DNA from: a virus
Lineage: Duplodnaviria; Heunggongvirae; Uroviricota; Caudoviricetes
Virus record (IMG/VR): IMGVR_UViG_3300023184_000028
Location: 118,551 to 182,550 of that record
Strand: one strand, 5' to 3'
Length of the DNA stretch: 64,000 nucleotides
Within the stretch, counting starts at the first letter, position 1, and each line of letters opens with the position of its first letter. Both the position numbers and the translations under genes were made by a program. The notes under the pieces were generated by a model that was not told the origin of the DNA, searched no databases, and was given only the letters and a program-made list of their open reading frames with translations. Of this stretch, positions 1-10,441 are shown piece after piece.

Positions 1-410
1 TTTCGGTAGAAAGCGCCGAAGTTATTGATTTGGGAATTGATTTATCAATAGTATTGGATGCTAGTCAAAATCAGGGTGTAATTGTTTCTTCAATTATAAA
101 TCAAATATCCACTTATTTTAATCCTGCAACAAGACAATTAGGACAAAATGTTAATGTGTCAGAACTTAATAGAATATTACAATCACAAAATGGTGTTATA
201 TCCGTAACTAGCTTACAAATTTTTAACAAAGTTGGCGGACAATACTCATCATCTCAAACATCTATGTCTTATATTGATTCTGAAACAAAAGAAATTGGCG
301 TAGTTGATGGTACTATATTTGCAATGCCTAATCAAATATATCAAATACGATTTGCGAATAAAGATATTAGGGTTAAAGTCAAGAATCTCCAATCAGTAAG
401 TATTAGTTAA
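1..410 (+). CDS. Virion structural protein, C-terminal fragment (5' end lies upstream of window; possibly baseplate J/gp6-like)
   Basis: Frame 3 is open from nt 3 with no stop until TAA at 408-410; the TTG at nt 30 in the ORF track is not a real start. Heads the structural block. Confidence 0.45.
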   Translation, partial: SVESAEVIDLGIDLSIVLDASQNQGVIVSSIINQISTYFNPATRQLGQNVNVSELNRILQSQNGVISVTSLQIFNKVGGQYSSSQTSMSYIDSETKEIGVVDGTIFAMPNQIYQIRFANKDIRVKVKNLQSVSIS

Positions 411-481
411 TAATTTATTTATTTAATAAACAAGTTATGTTTATAACGAGTGTATTTTTTCTTTTGGAAAAATACCCCATC

Positions 482-493
482 AACTATTTATTA
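482..493 (+). promoter_or_regulatory. AACTATTTATTA motif upstream of a structural gene (candidate late promoter element)
   Basis: Identical 12-mer at 9507-9518, at the same distance (12-15 nt) from a structural-gene ATG. Related TATTTAT cores occur upstream of the 18182, 23691 and 25939 starts. Confidence 0.3.
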
Positions 494-505
494 TAAAGGT
501 TATTA

Positions 506-3500
506 ATGGGTCAATCATATAGAATAAGAACAACGCCGGGGGATGACAAAAATATTGTTATTAAAGTAGAACAAGATTTTGAGCAATTGGAAGTTCTATC
601 TTTAAAAATAAGACAATCTGATGTTTATACTAGGATGTGTTCTGATTATGGGGTTATTGCCGGAAGAGTCTTCGCAAATAACGGATATGGTATTCCAAAT
701 GCCAAACTTTCAATTTTTATTCCAATAAAACCCGAAGATGAGGATAATCCTGTAATATCTTCAATATACCCTTATAAGAATTTAGAACAAACTAATGAAG
801 ATGGATATAGGTATAATTTATTACCATATATCCCATCTTACAGTACTCACGTACCAACAGGTACGTTTCCAACAAGATTAGATGCTTTAGTAAATCAAAC
901 AGTTGTAGAACTTTATGACAAGTATTATAAATATACTGTTACAACCAACGATAGTGGTGACTTTTTAATTTTTGGTGTTCCTGTTGGAACTCAAACAATT
1001 GTGATGAATGTTGATTTATCAGACATTGGTGAATTTTCATTAACTCCTCAAGATTTAATAAGGATGGGTGTTGCAACTGAAGAACAGTTTGATGGTGTAA
1101 AATTTAAATCATCATCTAATTTCAATCAATTACCACAAATTATTGTAATTAATAAAACAATTGAAATTGTTCCATTTTGGGGTGAAAAAGATGTTTGTCA
1201 AATTGGTATAACAAGAAGTGATTTTGATTTAACCAACGAGGCGAATATTAATATACAACCGACATCAATTTTCATGGGTTCTTTAATGAGTTCAAATGAA
1301 AAATCGGCGGTTAAATCAAACGGTATTGCGCAAAAAGCGACGGGTGATTTGTGTAAGTTAATTACAGGTCCTGGTGAAATTATTGGATTAACACAATCAA
1401 TTTATAGAGATTCTAATGGGTTACCTATTATAGAAAGGGCTGATTTACCAAATGGTGGTAAGTTAATAGATTCCGCGGGTGCTTGGTTATTTGATTTACC
1501 AATGAATCAGGATTATGTGTATACAAATGAATTTGGACAACAAGTTTTATCTAATGACCCGTCAGTAGGTGTCCCAACAAAGGCTAAGTATAGATTCAAG
1601 ATTAAATGGCAACAAAGTACAAGTGTTTCAGAAGATTATAAAAGAGGTTATTACTTAGTCCCTAATGTTAAAGAACGTGGGTGGAACGGAGGATTTGACC
1701 CAACTGTTATTCAATTTGTTAATCCAAATTATCAAACTGACCCCGATTGGTTGGATTTCCAAAAATCGTATGCGTTTAGTTTAGATTGGTCGGCATATAC
1801 TAACGGTAGTTTAAGTATCAGTAATCCTGATATTCAAGACATAATAAATTGTGAAGATTATTTTTATGAATTTGATTATAATAAAGTTTATACGGTATCT
1901 TCATTTATTGATAATTACAAAATTGCTGATAATAAAGAAAAATTTATTGGTATTAAAAGGATTGATGATGATACTTGTGAAGATGTTGCTAATAGATACC
2001 CTGTAAATGACGGAGTTTTTCATACAAGTTTAATTTGGAGAGTTTTTAATTTTTTATTAGTTATTTTTGGTATTATTGGACTACCTCTACTTATTATATA
2101 TAGTTTTTTTGCATATCTTTGGAAGTGGTTAAAAGTACCATTTTTTATTTTTTTAGAATTTTGGGCCGGATATAATATAATTCAATCAACTGCGGGAATA
2201 ATTGCTGCCGCAACACCATCAGTAGGGTTTGGTGCTACAGTATGGATTGCGGGTGTTATATATTATTCGGTAATGTTGGGACTATGGTTAGCGGTTGCGA
2301 TTGCACTTATTATTGTTTTTAGAAAATTAAAGGATTATGATTTTCCACCATTGAGATTACCAATGATAACATATCCGGACTGTGATGTCTGTGATTGTAA
2401 AGGTGATGATAGTGAAGGTACTTCGTTATCATCATCTGATTCATCAGCGGCAAGTGCTGGAAATTCTGGAGGGCTATTAGTCAATTTGACAAATTTAGGG
2501 GCATATGGAGATGTTTTGGACGTTAAATTTGATACTGATTTTCCGGCGTTTCATAAAGAAAACCCGCCCAATGGTAACGGATGTTTCTACAAAGATTATG
2601 ATTATCTTCAAGTACTTCAATTATTAACAGGTAATTCTTATAAGGCTAAAGATAATAATGGTTCAAATTATGGGGTACAATTGTATTCAACATTTGATAT
2701 TGGTGCGGATGATTATTACTCGGCTATGTATACTAGAAGTATGCCTTTTGGAGAGAGATTAAATCAATTTAATACAAAGGCTAATTACTATAATGGAAGT
2801 AATCAAATATCTGTACAGATAGAACCAAATATACCAACAAATAGTGGTAAACAACATTTAGATAATGTCATTGTGTTTATTGGTCAACCCGGAACTTACG
2901 GTGATTTAGGAGCTGGCTCTATGTTTAGCTTTGTAGGTCCAAAAAATTCTAAAGACCCAAATATAACAGGAGGAACAAGAAATAGTTTTGGTACTAAGTC
3001 TATTACAGGTACAACAGATACGGGTAAAACTTCAGTAAGTATAATTTATGGTAATCCGAGTAGTAGATTTGGTAATTTAGTACCTGTAACATATGCTCTA
3101 ACTGCAAGTGCGAGTACAGATGAAAAAACTTATCAATATCCTAGTGATATTGAATACTTCCAAGTTGTTACGGGAATGACAATCACACAATTTAGAGCTT
3201 TACATGCGTCTAATCCATTTGCAAATTCATTGGCTGATATTATAGAAAGTAAAACAGTTATAACAAAAAGAACTTGGTATCATAATAGTGATTGTTGGCC
3301 AGGATGGGAAAAATTATTTACCTGTCCATATCCTGCGAAAAACATAGATTATATGGATAATAATTCAATAATTTATATTGCTCAAAGAGGGGTTGACCCA
3401 TATTCACCACAATATCCAACAAGAGTAGGTTTAGGAAAACTTTTAGGGTCTAATAATATAAATAATGTCCAAGTGGATGTTCCACTTAGATTAAACATAC

Positions 3501-5791
3501 CGATTAGAAATATTGACCCAGCTAATGGTGGTACAATTGGTAATGAATTATGTTATATACATAATATAGCTCCAGATAATTCAATACCAAATAATGGACA
3601 AAAACTTTGGAACCCATCGTATTTTTTCACACCAGGTAATCAGTATACAGGATATACCACAAATTTAACAAGGTATTATTCTGCTTTAGATAGTACTACT
3701 TTGAGTTATGTGATTGACTCAACACATGCGGCGAATACAAGTATTAGTAATAGGGCAATACCTCAATCAAATATTAATGGGTCTAGAGATGTATTTTCTA
3801 ACGCGAATAATTTTTTATTTTATGCGAGTCCTAATATACCTCAAATGTATTCAGCGCAAGAGTCTTTAGTCGGAGGTACTTTTATGTATATGACTCCACC
3901 AGGGATTTATAATGTGTCTAACGGATGTTATTATGGTAATTATAGTTATGGTATTAATCAAGCACCACCCGAAGAATATTATTTTAGTTTCATATATCCA
4001 ACGGGATATACTACAAGTATGTCAGATAAAACTAATATTGTTATGAGGTCTGATAGATTACCATCATCGGATGGGTTATTAAGATTTTCTACCGCAAATA
4101 CAGGAAATACGGTTTATACAAATGTTGCAATGATGAACCAAAATCCAGCACAAAATATGTATGTATTTTCAGATGGAGGTGTTTTGACTATTGGTGGCGG
4201 GATTAGTTCTCCACAGTATAATGCTGGTGATTTTCTATCAGGAAACAACGTATTTTATGGGACAGTTTTAAATACTTTTGATTGTGCGGGAATGGTTCAG
4301 TTTAATTGTTATTCAGGGGATGGGGTACATTTTGGTGTTAGTAGTAACTGTACAAATACAGATGCGGTTGAAAATGGTTGTTATGTATTTGTTAGAGACC
4401 CGTTAAATGGTTTATTTAAACCAAGGTCGGACAATGATATTACAAGATGGTCTGAATATGTTTTAAGATTTAGATTTTTTTATGCTTTGTGTCAAGGTGT
4501 TTTATCTAACGTATTTGTTAATAATTGGGTTAATGGTAATTTATATGCGTTTCCTTTTAAGGTTGATACGTATTATAATAAATTAAATCAGGTTTATAAA
4601 CGTAAGTTTCCTTTTGAAACAGTTATGTTACAATACGAAACAAATAATTTTTATTATCGTTCATCTCCTGCAATAAAATTTTTAAATACATATAAATTTG
4701 TTGGTGCTCAATCTAATGGGGACCCTACAAAAGGTGCTAATAATTCTGACATAAAAACTCCTACAACAATAATGAATTTAGGACCAAGAGACGAATTCTT
4801 AAAAGAAATTATTTTAAGTCCTAACTATTACGGATATAATATGAAAAAAATATCTCAAACATCATATACTGACTTATCGGACATGATAAACTTTTTTTCA
4901 ATTATTAGAATAATAGATATTAATTTTTGGCGTTCATTATTGAGTAGTGATATGATTAAAAAACTTTTTAGTCGTGGCGGTACAGGGTATAGAGTTGATG
5001 CAGATTTTGCGCAATCTGCGGCAATTAATAGTCAAATAGGTGTGATACCATTTGATTCTGATTATTATGATAGTAGTGGTCCTAATCCGGCATTAATTGC
5101 TGCAGGAGTCGGGGCTAGCAATATAATGATGGGAATTTATTTTGAATCTACAGCCGAAGACATGCAAGTGAGAGATTTTATTTCCCCGATGAGAATAATC
5201 AGATATAATACAAATACAAATTCTTTTGTTTATGATTATATTTCAAACAAATCTCAAATTGTTCCAAATTATAAATGGAGAATACAAAGTGGTGGATACT
5301 CCATGTTTGGTAAACAAAATAATGATTGGGCGACAACGCCTCCTGTTAATGGGTTTTACGCTGAAAGGTATCAATCGTTGGATAGATTAACGAGTGATTA
5401 TCCTAGAGCTGGTTCATTATCACCTAATGAATATAACGCTAGAGGTTATATATTTGCTCAATCAGCCGCAATTACTTTGACAGTAGGAACTCCGTTAATA
5501 GTTGGTAATGTTTATACAATTGTTAATTATGTTAGTCCTGATAGTTTTTTAAATGTTGGAGCAACCGCAAACACAAATGACGTTACTTTTATTGCAACAG
5601 GGACAACACCATCAAGTTGGTTTAATTCAACAATAGAGGGGGCACCTATTTATTTAACGGGAGTGACAATAAATCCAAATCCTGCATTAGCGGGAGCTCC
5701 TTGGTATTTTTATTTTGGATTAAAGAAAGGAGAGACGGCAATAAATAAATTTTACACCAAATACATAGGTGAAACTATATTAAATGAGTGA
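506..5791 (+). CDS. Giant virion/tail-associated protein (1761 aa): N-terminal carboxypeptidase-regulatory-like beta-sandwich, internal cluster of ~4 transmembrane helices (aa ~505-610), CDVCDC Cys cluster
   Basis: Uninterrupted 5.3-kb ORF in an AT-rich genome. Motif GVIAGRVFANNGYGIPNAKLSIFIP. Hydrophobic stretch LIWRVFNFLLVIFGIIGLPLLIIYSFFAYLW...AGVIYYSVMLGLWLAVAIALIIVF. N/S/T/Y-rich composition typical of Flavobacteria-phage fibre proteins. Confidence 0.75.
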   Translation: MGQSYRIRTTPGDDKNIVIKVEQDFEQLEVLSLKIRQSDVYTRMCSDYGVIAGRVFANNGYGIPNAKLSIFIPIKPEDEDNPVISSIYPYKNLEQTNEDGYRYNLLPYIPSYSTHVPTGTFPTRLDALVNQTVVELYDKYYKYTVTTNDSGDFLIFGVPVGTQTIVMNVDLSDIGEFSLTPQDLIRMGVATEEQFDGVKFKSSSNFNQLPQIIVINKTIEIVPFWGEKDVCQIGITRSDFDLTNEANINIQPTSIFMGSLMSSNEKSAVKSNGIAQKATGDLCKLITGPGEIIGLTQSIYRDSNGLPIIERADLPNGGKLIDSAGAWLFDLPMNQDYVYTNEFGQQVLSNDPSVGVPTKAKYRFKIKWQQSTSVSEDYKRGYYLVPNVKERGWNGGFDPTVIQFVNPNYQTDPDWLDFQKSYAFSLDWSAYTNGSLSISNPDIQDIINCEDYFYEFDYNKVYTVSSFIDNYKIADNKEKFIGIKRIDDDTCEDVANRYPVNDGVFHTSLIWRVFNFLLVIFGIIGLPLLIIYSFFAYLWKWLKVPFFIFLEFWAGYNIIQSTAGIIAAATPSVGFGATVWIAGVIYYSVMLGLWLAVAIALIIVFRKLKDYDFPPLRLPMITYPDCDVCDCKGDDSEGTSLSSSDSSAASAGNSGGLLVNLTNLGAYGDVLDVKFDTDFPAFHKENPPNGNGCFYKDYDYLQVLQLLTGNSYKAKDNNGSNYGVQLYSTFDIGADDYYSAMYTRSMPFGERLNQFNTKANYYNGSNQISVQIEPNIPTNSGKQHLDNVIVFIGQPGTYGDLGAGSMFSFVGPKNSKDPNITGGTRNSFGTKSITGTTDTGKTSVSIIYGNPSSRFGNLVPVTYALTASASTDEKTYQYPSDIEYFQVVTGMTITQFRALHASNPFANSLADIIESKTVITKRTWYHNSDCWPGWEKLFTCPYPAKNIDYMDNNSIIYIAQRGVDPYSPQYPTRVGLGKLLGSNNINNVQVDVPLRLNIPIRNIDPANGGTIGNELCYIHNIAPDNSIPNNGQKLWNPSYFFTPGNQYTGYTTNLTRYYSALDSTTLSYVIDSTHAANTSISNRAIPQSNINGSRDVFSNANNFLFYASPNIPQMYSAQESLVGGTFMYMTPPGIYNVSNGCYYGNYSYGINQAPPEEYYFSFIYPTGYTTSMSDKTNIVMRSDRLPSSDGLLRFSTANTGNTVYTNVAMMNQNPAQNMYVFSDGGVLTIGGGISSPQYNAGDFLSGNNVFYGTVLNTFDCAGMVQFNCYSGDGVHFGVSSNCTNTDAVENGCYVFVRDPLNGLFKPRSDNDITRWSEYVLRFRFFYALCQGVLSNVFVNNWVNGNLYAFPFKVDTYYNKLNQVYKRKFPFETVMLQYETNNFYYRSSPAIKFLNTYKFVGAQSNGDPTKGANNSDIKTPTTIMNLGPRDEFLKEIILSPNYYGYNMKKISQTSYTDLSDMINFFSIIRIIDINFWRSLLSSDMIKKLFSRGGTGYRVDADFAQSAAINSQIGVIPFDSDYYDSSGPNPALIAAGVGASNIMMGIYFESTAEDMQVRDFISPMRIIRYNTNTNSFVYDYISNKSQIVPNYKWRIQSGGYSMFGKQNNDWATTPPVNGFYAERYQSLDRLTSDYPRAGSLSPNEYNARGYIFAQSAAITLTVGTPLIVGNVYTIVNYVSPDSFLNVGATANTNDVTFIATGTTPSSWFNSTIEGAPIYLTGVTINPNPALAGAPWYFYFGLKKGETAINKFYTKYIGETILNE

Positions 5792-7532
5792 TATTAATAC
5801 AACCATAGTACTGGGTTCTAAAAGATATAAGTCGGCGATAAATACTGATTTAAGTATTGAGGTACCTTTAGTTAATACTCAAAAAGAAATTGATGAGTTT
5901 GACAGAAGTGATACTGTTGATTTAAGTCAAATATTTGATGATGAAAGACAGGAATCTAAGATTTTTAGATTGACTGCTAGTATTGATTTATTATTTTACA
6001 ACGCCTATAGTGGAACAACGGGGGCTTTTGGGTATGTTCCATTTAGAAATAATCTGTATTATGTTAATAGTGAATCTTCATTCAATACTAATAATTGGTT
6101 TGGATATCCCCAATATTATGAATTTGACTTTATAAGAAATGATAATAATGTTTCTGGTTATACTATAAATTCAGGTACAACTTCACCACATATTAGTTTT
6201 ATTAATAAAAGTGCATCAACATATAATTGGACTCAATATGTGAGTTATGCGTATGAGAATGAGTCTAATAAAGTATTACAATATAATTTAAACTCAGCAA
6301 CAACTCTAACGTGGGTATGTGGTACTGGAATTCCTTTTTATGTTGTTAATCCATTTAATTACGAAGGTAGAAATTTGATATCTTTTGTTTGTCCTGTTGA
6401 ACATAATTTGAGTGTTGGTGAGTTTGTGATAATAGAGTTTAACTTTGGTTGGACTGGATATAATGGGAGTAAAGTTTTTCAAGTATATTCGTTAGGTAAT
6501 TATGGGTATAATTCAGATAAATATATTTTTAACTTATATAATAATGGATTTACAGGGAATACGTTTTTTAATTCGGCTCAAGGGACCTTTAAAAGAATTA
6601 TTGATATTAATAATTCTGCAGAAACAATGTCTAAATATTACGTTAGAAAACATAAAATAATAACTAATGTTAGTGATTCAATTCTAACGAAATGTGGATT
6701 TGAACAAAATATTTTTAATGTTAAAAGGCAATATGAATTTGGTACATTAACACCCGATAAAGTTTCTAGAATAACACAAAAAGAAGGGTCTCAATCGTAT
6801 CTATTGTCATTCTCAAGTGATATTGATATATCAGAATATAGAGATAATTTGAATAGACCATTATCGGAATTGTTTATTACTATTATAAATAATGGTTATT
6901 TTGGATGGATGAATAAACCAATTGCAAATAATATCTCAATTAGAGAAGGTTATCAATACAATTTGGGTCCATCAGTATCATCATACTGGGATTACACTAA
7001 TTCTAGTGTTAATTTAACTACAATACCAACAGCGTCATATACTAAACCAGGTGGATTTACCTTTTATTATAATCAAAATTTAAAAAGTGGTGATACAATA
7101 AATGGTGATTATTGTGAGTTTAATCAATTTGAACAAAAAGAAAGAATTATTTCTCAGTTGTATCATAAGATATCATTTAATGACAATTTATTTATAATTC
7201 AATCGGCAACAACAAATCCAAACGGATATTATTATAAACCGCATAATTTAATACAATTAAGGGTTTATTCTGATTATTTAGAGGAGGGTTCATTAAAAGA
7301 GGTTGATAACATACCATATTATTCATATTACTCAAATTACAAAAATAGTTTTATTTGGAGAGACATGTATACTTACGGATTTATTGATGAGTCAGGAAAA
7401 GGGGTTAATTATCCTTTTTTAAATGGGACTCATTATCCATCAACCAAGATTATATTTAGACTAATTCCTGAAGGAAATGTTGGTCAAAATATATCTACAA
7501 TAGCAGACCCGATTACTGATGATTGTGAATAA
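5784..7532 (+). CDS. Virion structural protein (582 aa)
   Basis: Long ORF overlapping upstream stop by 8 nt; N/Y/S/T-rich beta-type composition. Confidence 0.7.
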   Translation: MSDINTTIVLGSKRYKSAINTDLSIEVPLVNTQKEIDEFDRSDTVDLSQIFDDERQESKIFRLTASIDLLFYNAYSGTTGAFGYVPFRNNLYYVNSESSFNTNNWFGYPQYYEFDFIRNDNNVSGYTINSGTTSPHISFINKSASTYNWTQYVSYAYENESNKVLQYNLNSATTLTWVCGTGIPFYVVNPFNYEGRNLISFVCPVEHNLSVGEFVIIEFNFGWTGYNGSKVFQVYSLGNYGYNSDKYIFNLYNNGFTGNTFFNSAQGTFKRIIDINNSAETMSKYYVRKHKIITNVSDSILTKCGFEQNIFNVKRQYEFGTLTPDKVSRITQKEGSQSYLLSFSSDIDISEYRDNLNRPLSELFITIINNGYFGWMNKPIANNISIREGYQYNLGPSVSSYWDYTNSSVNLTTIPTASYTKPGGFTFYYNQNLKSGDTINGDYCEFNQFEQKERIISQLYHKISFNDNLFIIQSATTNPNGYYYKPHNLIQLRVYSDYLEEGSLKEVDNIPYYSYYSNYKNSFIWRDMYTYGFIDESGKGVNYPFLNGTHYPSTKIIFRLIPEGNVGQNISTIADPITDDCE

Positions 7533-8325
7533 ATATAAAATATTATTATCTACAACAAATACAGATAAAGAAATCAATATACCAATTGAAATGAATTGGG
7601 ATTTGCTTGATAGAAGTGACTCTTTGGTTGAATATGAAGAACAAACAATTAAAAGTGTTATCAATCAAGATAAAGATTTTGAAGTTGCAAGATTTGAACA
7701 TTCTCAGAATGTAAATTCATTGACTACAGATATTAATTATGAATTTTATTTTGCTCCATCAGGTGCTACCAGCGCAAATACACTTTGGTTAACATCATAT
7801 CCTGTACAAGGATTTACTCCTACGGAAATTTATTACTATAGTAATTCTTTTAAAAAGTCATTTTTTAAATTAGATTTATATGATACTACTGATTTAACTA
7901 AACAAACCAACTATGTTACCTTAATATTACCAACACAACAAGGAGTTACATCCGCAACGACAGTCGGATATACAGTGAATGATATTAAAACTCCTGTAAT
8001 GAAATTGGATTTTGTTGGTGATAAAGAAGGGTTTTTTATTTACTGGTTAAAAAATACATCATTTTTAAATATTAATACTTTTTATATGACCGCAAAGTTT
8101 TTTGATGCGAAGACAGGGATTTTTATTAAAATGATGAATAGACCACAATCAACATTAACAGGTATTAATAAATTTAATTTTCCCCAAGAAAAATATTTTT
8201 ATTATAAAGTAATTTTAGATTATACTAATTATACATATAAGGTTTATGATATAAACACGGGGTACGATGTCTTAATTGGAGATAGTTCTAACCCAATAAA
8301 ATGGTATGAATATATTAATCCGTAA
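7519..8325 (+). CDS. Virion structural protein (268 aa)
   Basis: ORF in operon-like tight spacing with neighbours. Confidence 0.65.
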   Translation: MIVNKYKILLSTTNTDKEINIPIEMNWDLLDRSDSLVEYEEQTIKSVINQDKDFEVARFEHSQNVNSLTTDINYEFYFAPSGATSANTLWLTSYPVQGFTPTEIYYYSNSFKKSFFKLDLYDTTDLTKQTNYVTLILPTQQGVTSATTVGYTVNDIKTPVMKLDFVGDKEGFFIYWLKNTSFLNINTFYMTAKFFDAKTGIFIKMMNRPQSTLTGINKFNFPQEKYFYYKVILDYTNYTYKVYDINTGYDVLIGDSSNPIKWYEYINP

Positions 8326-9494
8326 TGAACGAAGATTATTACTATATAAAAATATCCCATGAAAATGTATTAAATGACATTTTTCCTGAACCGTATACCG
8401 CATATACGTATGTAATAACGGGTATAACAGGAACTTGTTGTTATATATCATCAATATCAAGTGACACGGTTTATGTTACGGGACTAACCTACGTTTATTC
8501 GTCTATGACTGATATATTAAGTGGAGGTACTAATGGTGATTCTTTATTGACAGGATTAACAATCCCAATACTGTTTAGAGAGACAGCTGTGGATATGGGA
8601 TACTATTCTGTTTTTGATGGGGCGATTATGCAGGCAGATGTAGTTAAAAACTTTGTCTTTTCAGCAACAACATCATTACCTAAAAGATATTATTTTTATA
8701 ATACGTCAGAAACACAGTTGAGAACCTTTTTACAACTATCCACATATTCAGTTGATTGGGGTGACTCCTCACCGATACAAACAATTACAACCACATCACC
8801 AAATTTTATTTATCATGATTACATAAATAATGGTAGTTATTTAATTACATTAATACAGAATACACCTTGGGGAAGAAATACTGTAAAGAAAACAGTAGTG
8901 GTTCCGTTTACAGGAACAACAATTCAAAACCCTAATGGTTCTGCATACTTTACTCCGAATATAGGGTCTTGGTCTGCAACATCAATATCGTATGATTTTA
9001 TATTCTCAGGTGACTCGGATAATCATATTTCGGCACAAACATCAAATAATTATGTTTCCGTTCCATTTTCAATCAGTGGATATACAACATCAAGAATAAA
9101 TGAATTATCTCAATATGGGGTAACAAAATATCCTTTATATGTCCCAACAATAAAAAATGGACAACAATTTGGAGTCATAACAACAATGAGTTCAAGTTAT
9201 ACAGGATATACTATAGAGGGTGTTCAGTATTTAGATTTTCCTGATAAAACGACGATATATGTTTTTGATAGTTCTGGATTAACATCTGATTGGATGGTTC
9301 AATCTGCAATAACAAAAAATGAATCTCTTATGAATATAGTTAATGACCCTGAAGTACAATCAGATGTTTTTGTAGAAAGAGGTAAGAATAGCGCATTGGA
9401 AAGAGTTGAAAGATTAGGTGAGATTGATAATATTGGGGATTTAGAAAACTATGGATACGGATTTTTTAATTTTGTTAATCAAAGTAATTTTTAA
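8325..9494 (+). CDS. Virion structural protein (389 aa)
   Basis: ORF; start overlaps previous stop (ATGA-type junction). Confidence 0.65.
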   Translation: MNEDYYYIKISHENVLNDIFPEPYTAYTYVITGITGTCCYISSISSDTVYVTGLTYVYSSMTDILSGGTNGDSLLTGLTIPILFRETAVDMGYYSVFDGAIMQADVVKNFVFSATTSLPKRYYFYNTSETQLRTFLQLSTYSVDWGDSSPIQTITTTSPNFIYHDYINNGSYLITLIQNTPWGRNTVKKTVVVPFTGTTIQNPNGSAYFTPNIGSWSATSISYDFIFSGDSDNHISAQTSNNYVSVPFSISGYTTSRINELSQYGVTKYPLYVPTIKNGQQFGVITTMSSSYTGYTIEGVQYLDFPDKTTIYVFDSSGLTSDWMVQSAITKNESLMNIVNDPEVQSDVFVERGKNSALERVERLGEIDNIGDLENYGYGFFNFVNQSNF

Positions 9495-9506
9495 AAAAGA
9501 GTAATA

Positions 9507-9518
9507 AACTATTTATTA
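9507..9518 (+). promoter_or_regulatory. AACTATTTATTA motif, second copy
   Basis: See 482-493. Confidence 0.3.
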
Positions 9519-9532
9519 AATAAAAGAATAAA

Positions 9533-10441
9533 ATGGCAATAGGAACCTACGGAACAATAAGACCTTCTGACGTATCACCTGAAGATGTTGAAATAATATT
9601 AAATTATACTCCTTCTAGGGATGTTACAGATAATTTTATATTAAAAAAGTTAGATACGTTAAATATATTGAGGCCATATTATAATAATAGTAATACTGGC
9701 GGTAATGCCAATATTGAAATATTAGGTGGTCTTTATAATTTAAGATTACCGGCAAATGAGTTTAATAAAATTGGTATTTACACTTTATATGTTAAGCCCG
9801 CTCAAATAAGAACGGAAATTACTGATTGTGGTGTATTATCGGCGCTACCTAACGTTAAAGGTATTGTAATTGATTTAAATAATGTACCGACACAATATAG
9901 AAATAAATTTGTATCACAAGGACTTGTTGGATTTAGGGTTGAATACTTAAATAGTGACGGTACTAAAATACCTAACTTTTTTAGAATAGTAACTTCTAAC
10001 TTTTTTTGTGAACCTGTTTTACAAAATTTAACAAATACATCTCAAAAGGCAATTAGATATAGATATGTTGATGCGGTCACAAATTTAATATTTTGTACAT
10101 TAACACCATCATCATCGCCGACAAACAAACCAAATGCAACTCCATTTATAGGACAACCCGCACAAAAGATAATAATAACTAATACTTTTTTTAATCCAAT
10201 TACGATAGATATTGAAATTGTTGAACACGATATATCAACATTAGCGTTGGCTTTGTATGGTAATCAAACTAAATCAATGCAAGATGGTATATATACTATT
10301 TATGACTCAAATAATAATATCTACAAACAATATAACTTGTATGAAATTAGAGACCAATCTAATTCTTTGTTATATGAGGTTAGACAAGACAGAGGAAATA
10401 ATATAGATTATAGTAAAAACTTTACAAACATAACTCAATAA
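9533..10441 (+). CDS. Virion structural protein (302 aa)
   Basis: ORF preceded by AACTATTTATTA motif (9507-9518). Confidence 0.65.
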   Translation: MAIGTYGTIRPSDVSPEDVEIILNYTPSRDVTDNFILKKLDTLNILRPYYNNSNTGGNANIEILGGLYNLRLPANEFNKIGIYTLYVKPAQIRTEITDCGVLSALPNVKGIVIDLNNVPTQYRNKFVSQGLVGFRVEYLNSDGTKIPNFFRIVTSNFFCEPVLQNLTNTSQKAIRYRYVDAVTNLIFCTLTPSSSPTNKPNATPFIGQPAQKIIITNTFFNPITIDIEIVEHDISTLALALYGNQTKSMQDGIYTIYDSNNNIYKQYNLYEIRDQSNSLLYEVRQDRGNNIDYSKNFTNITQ

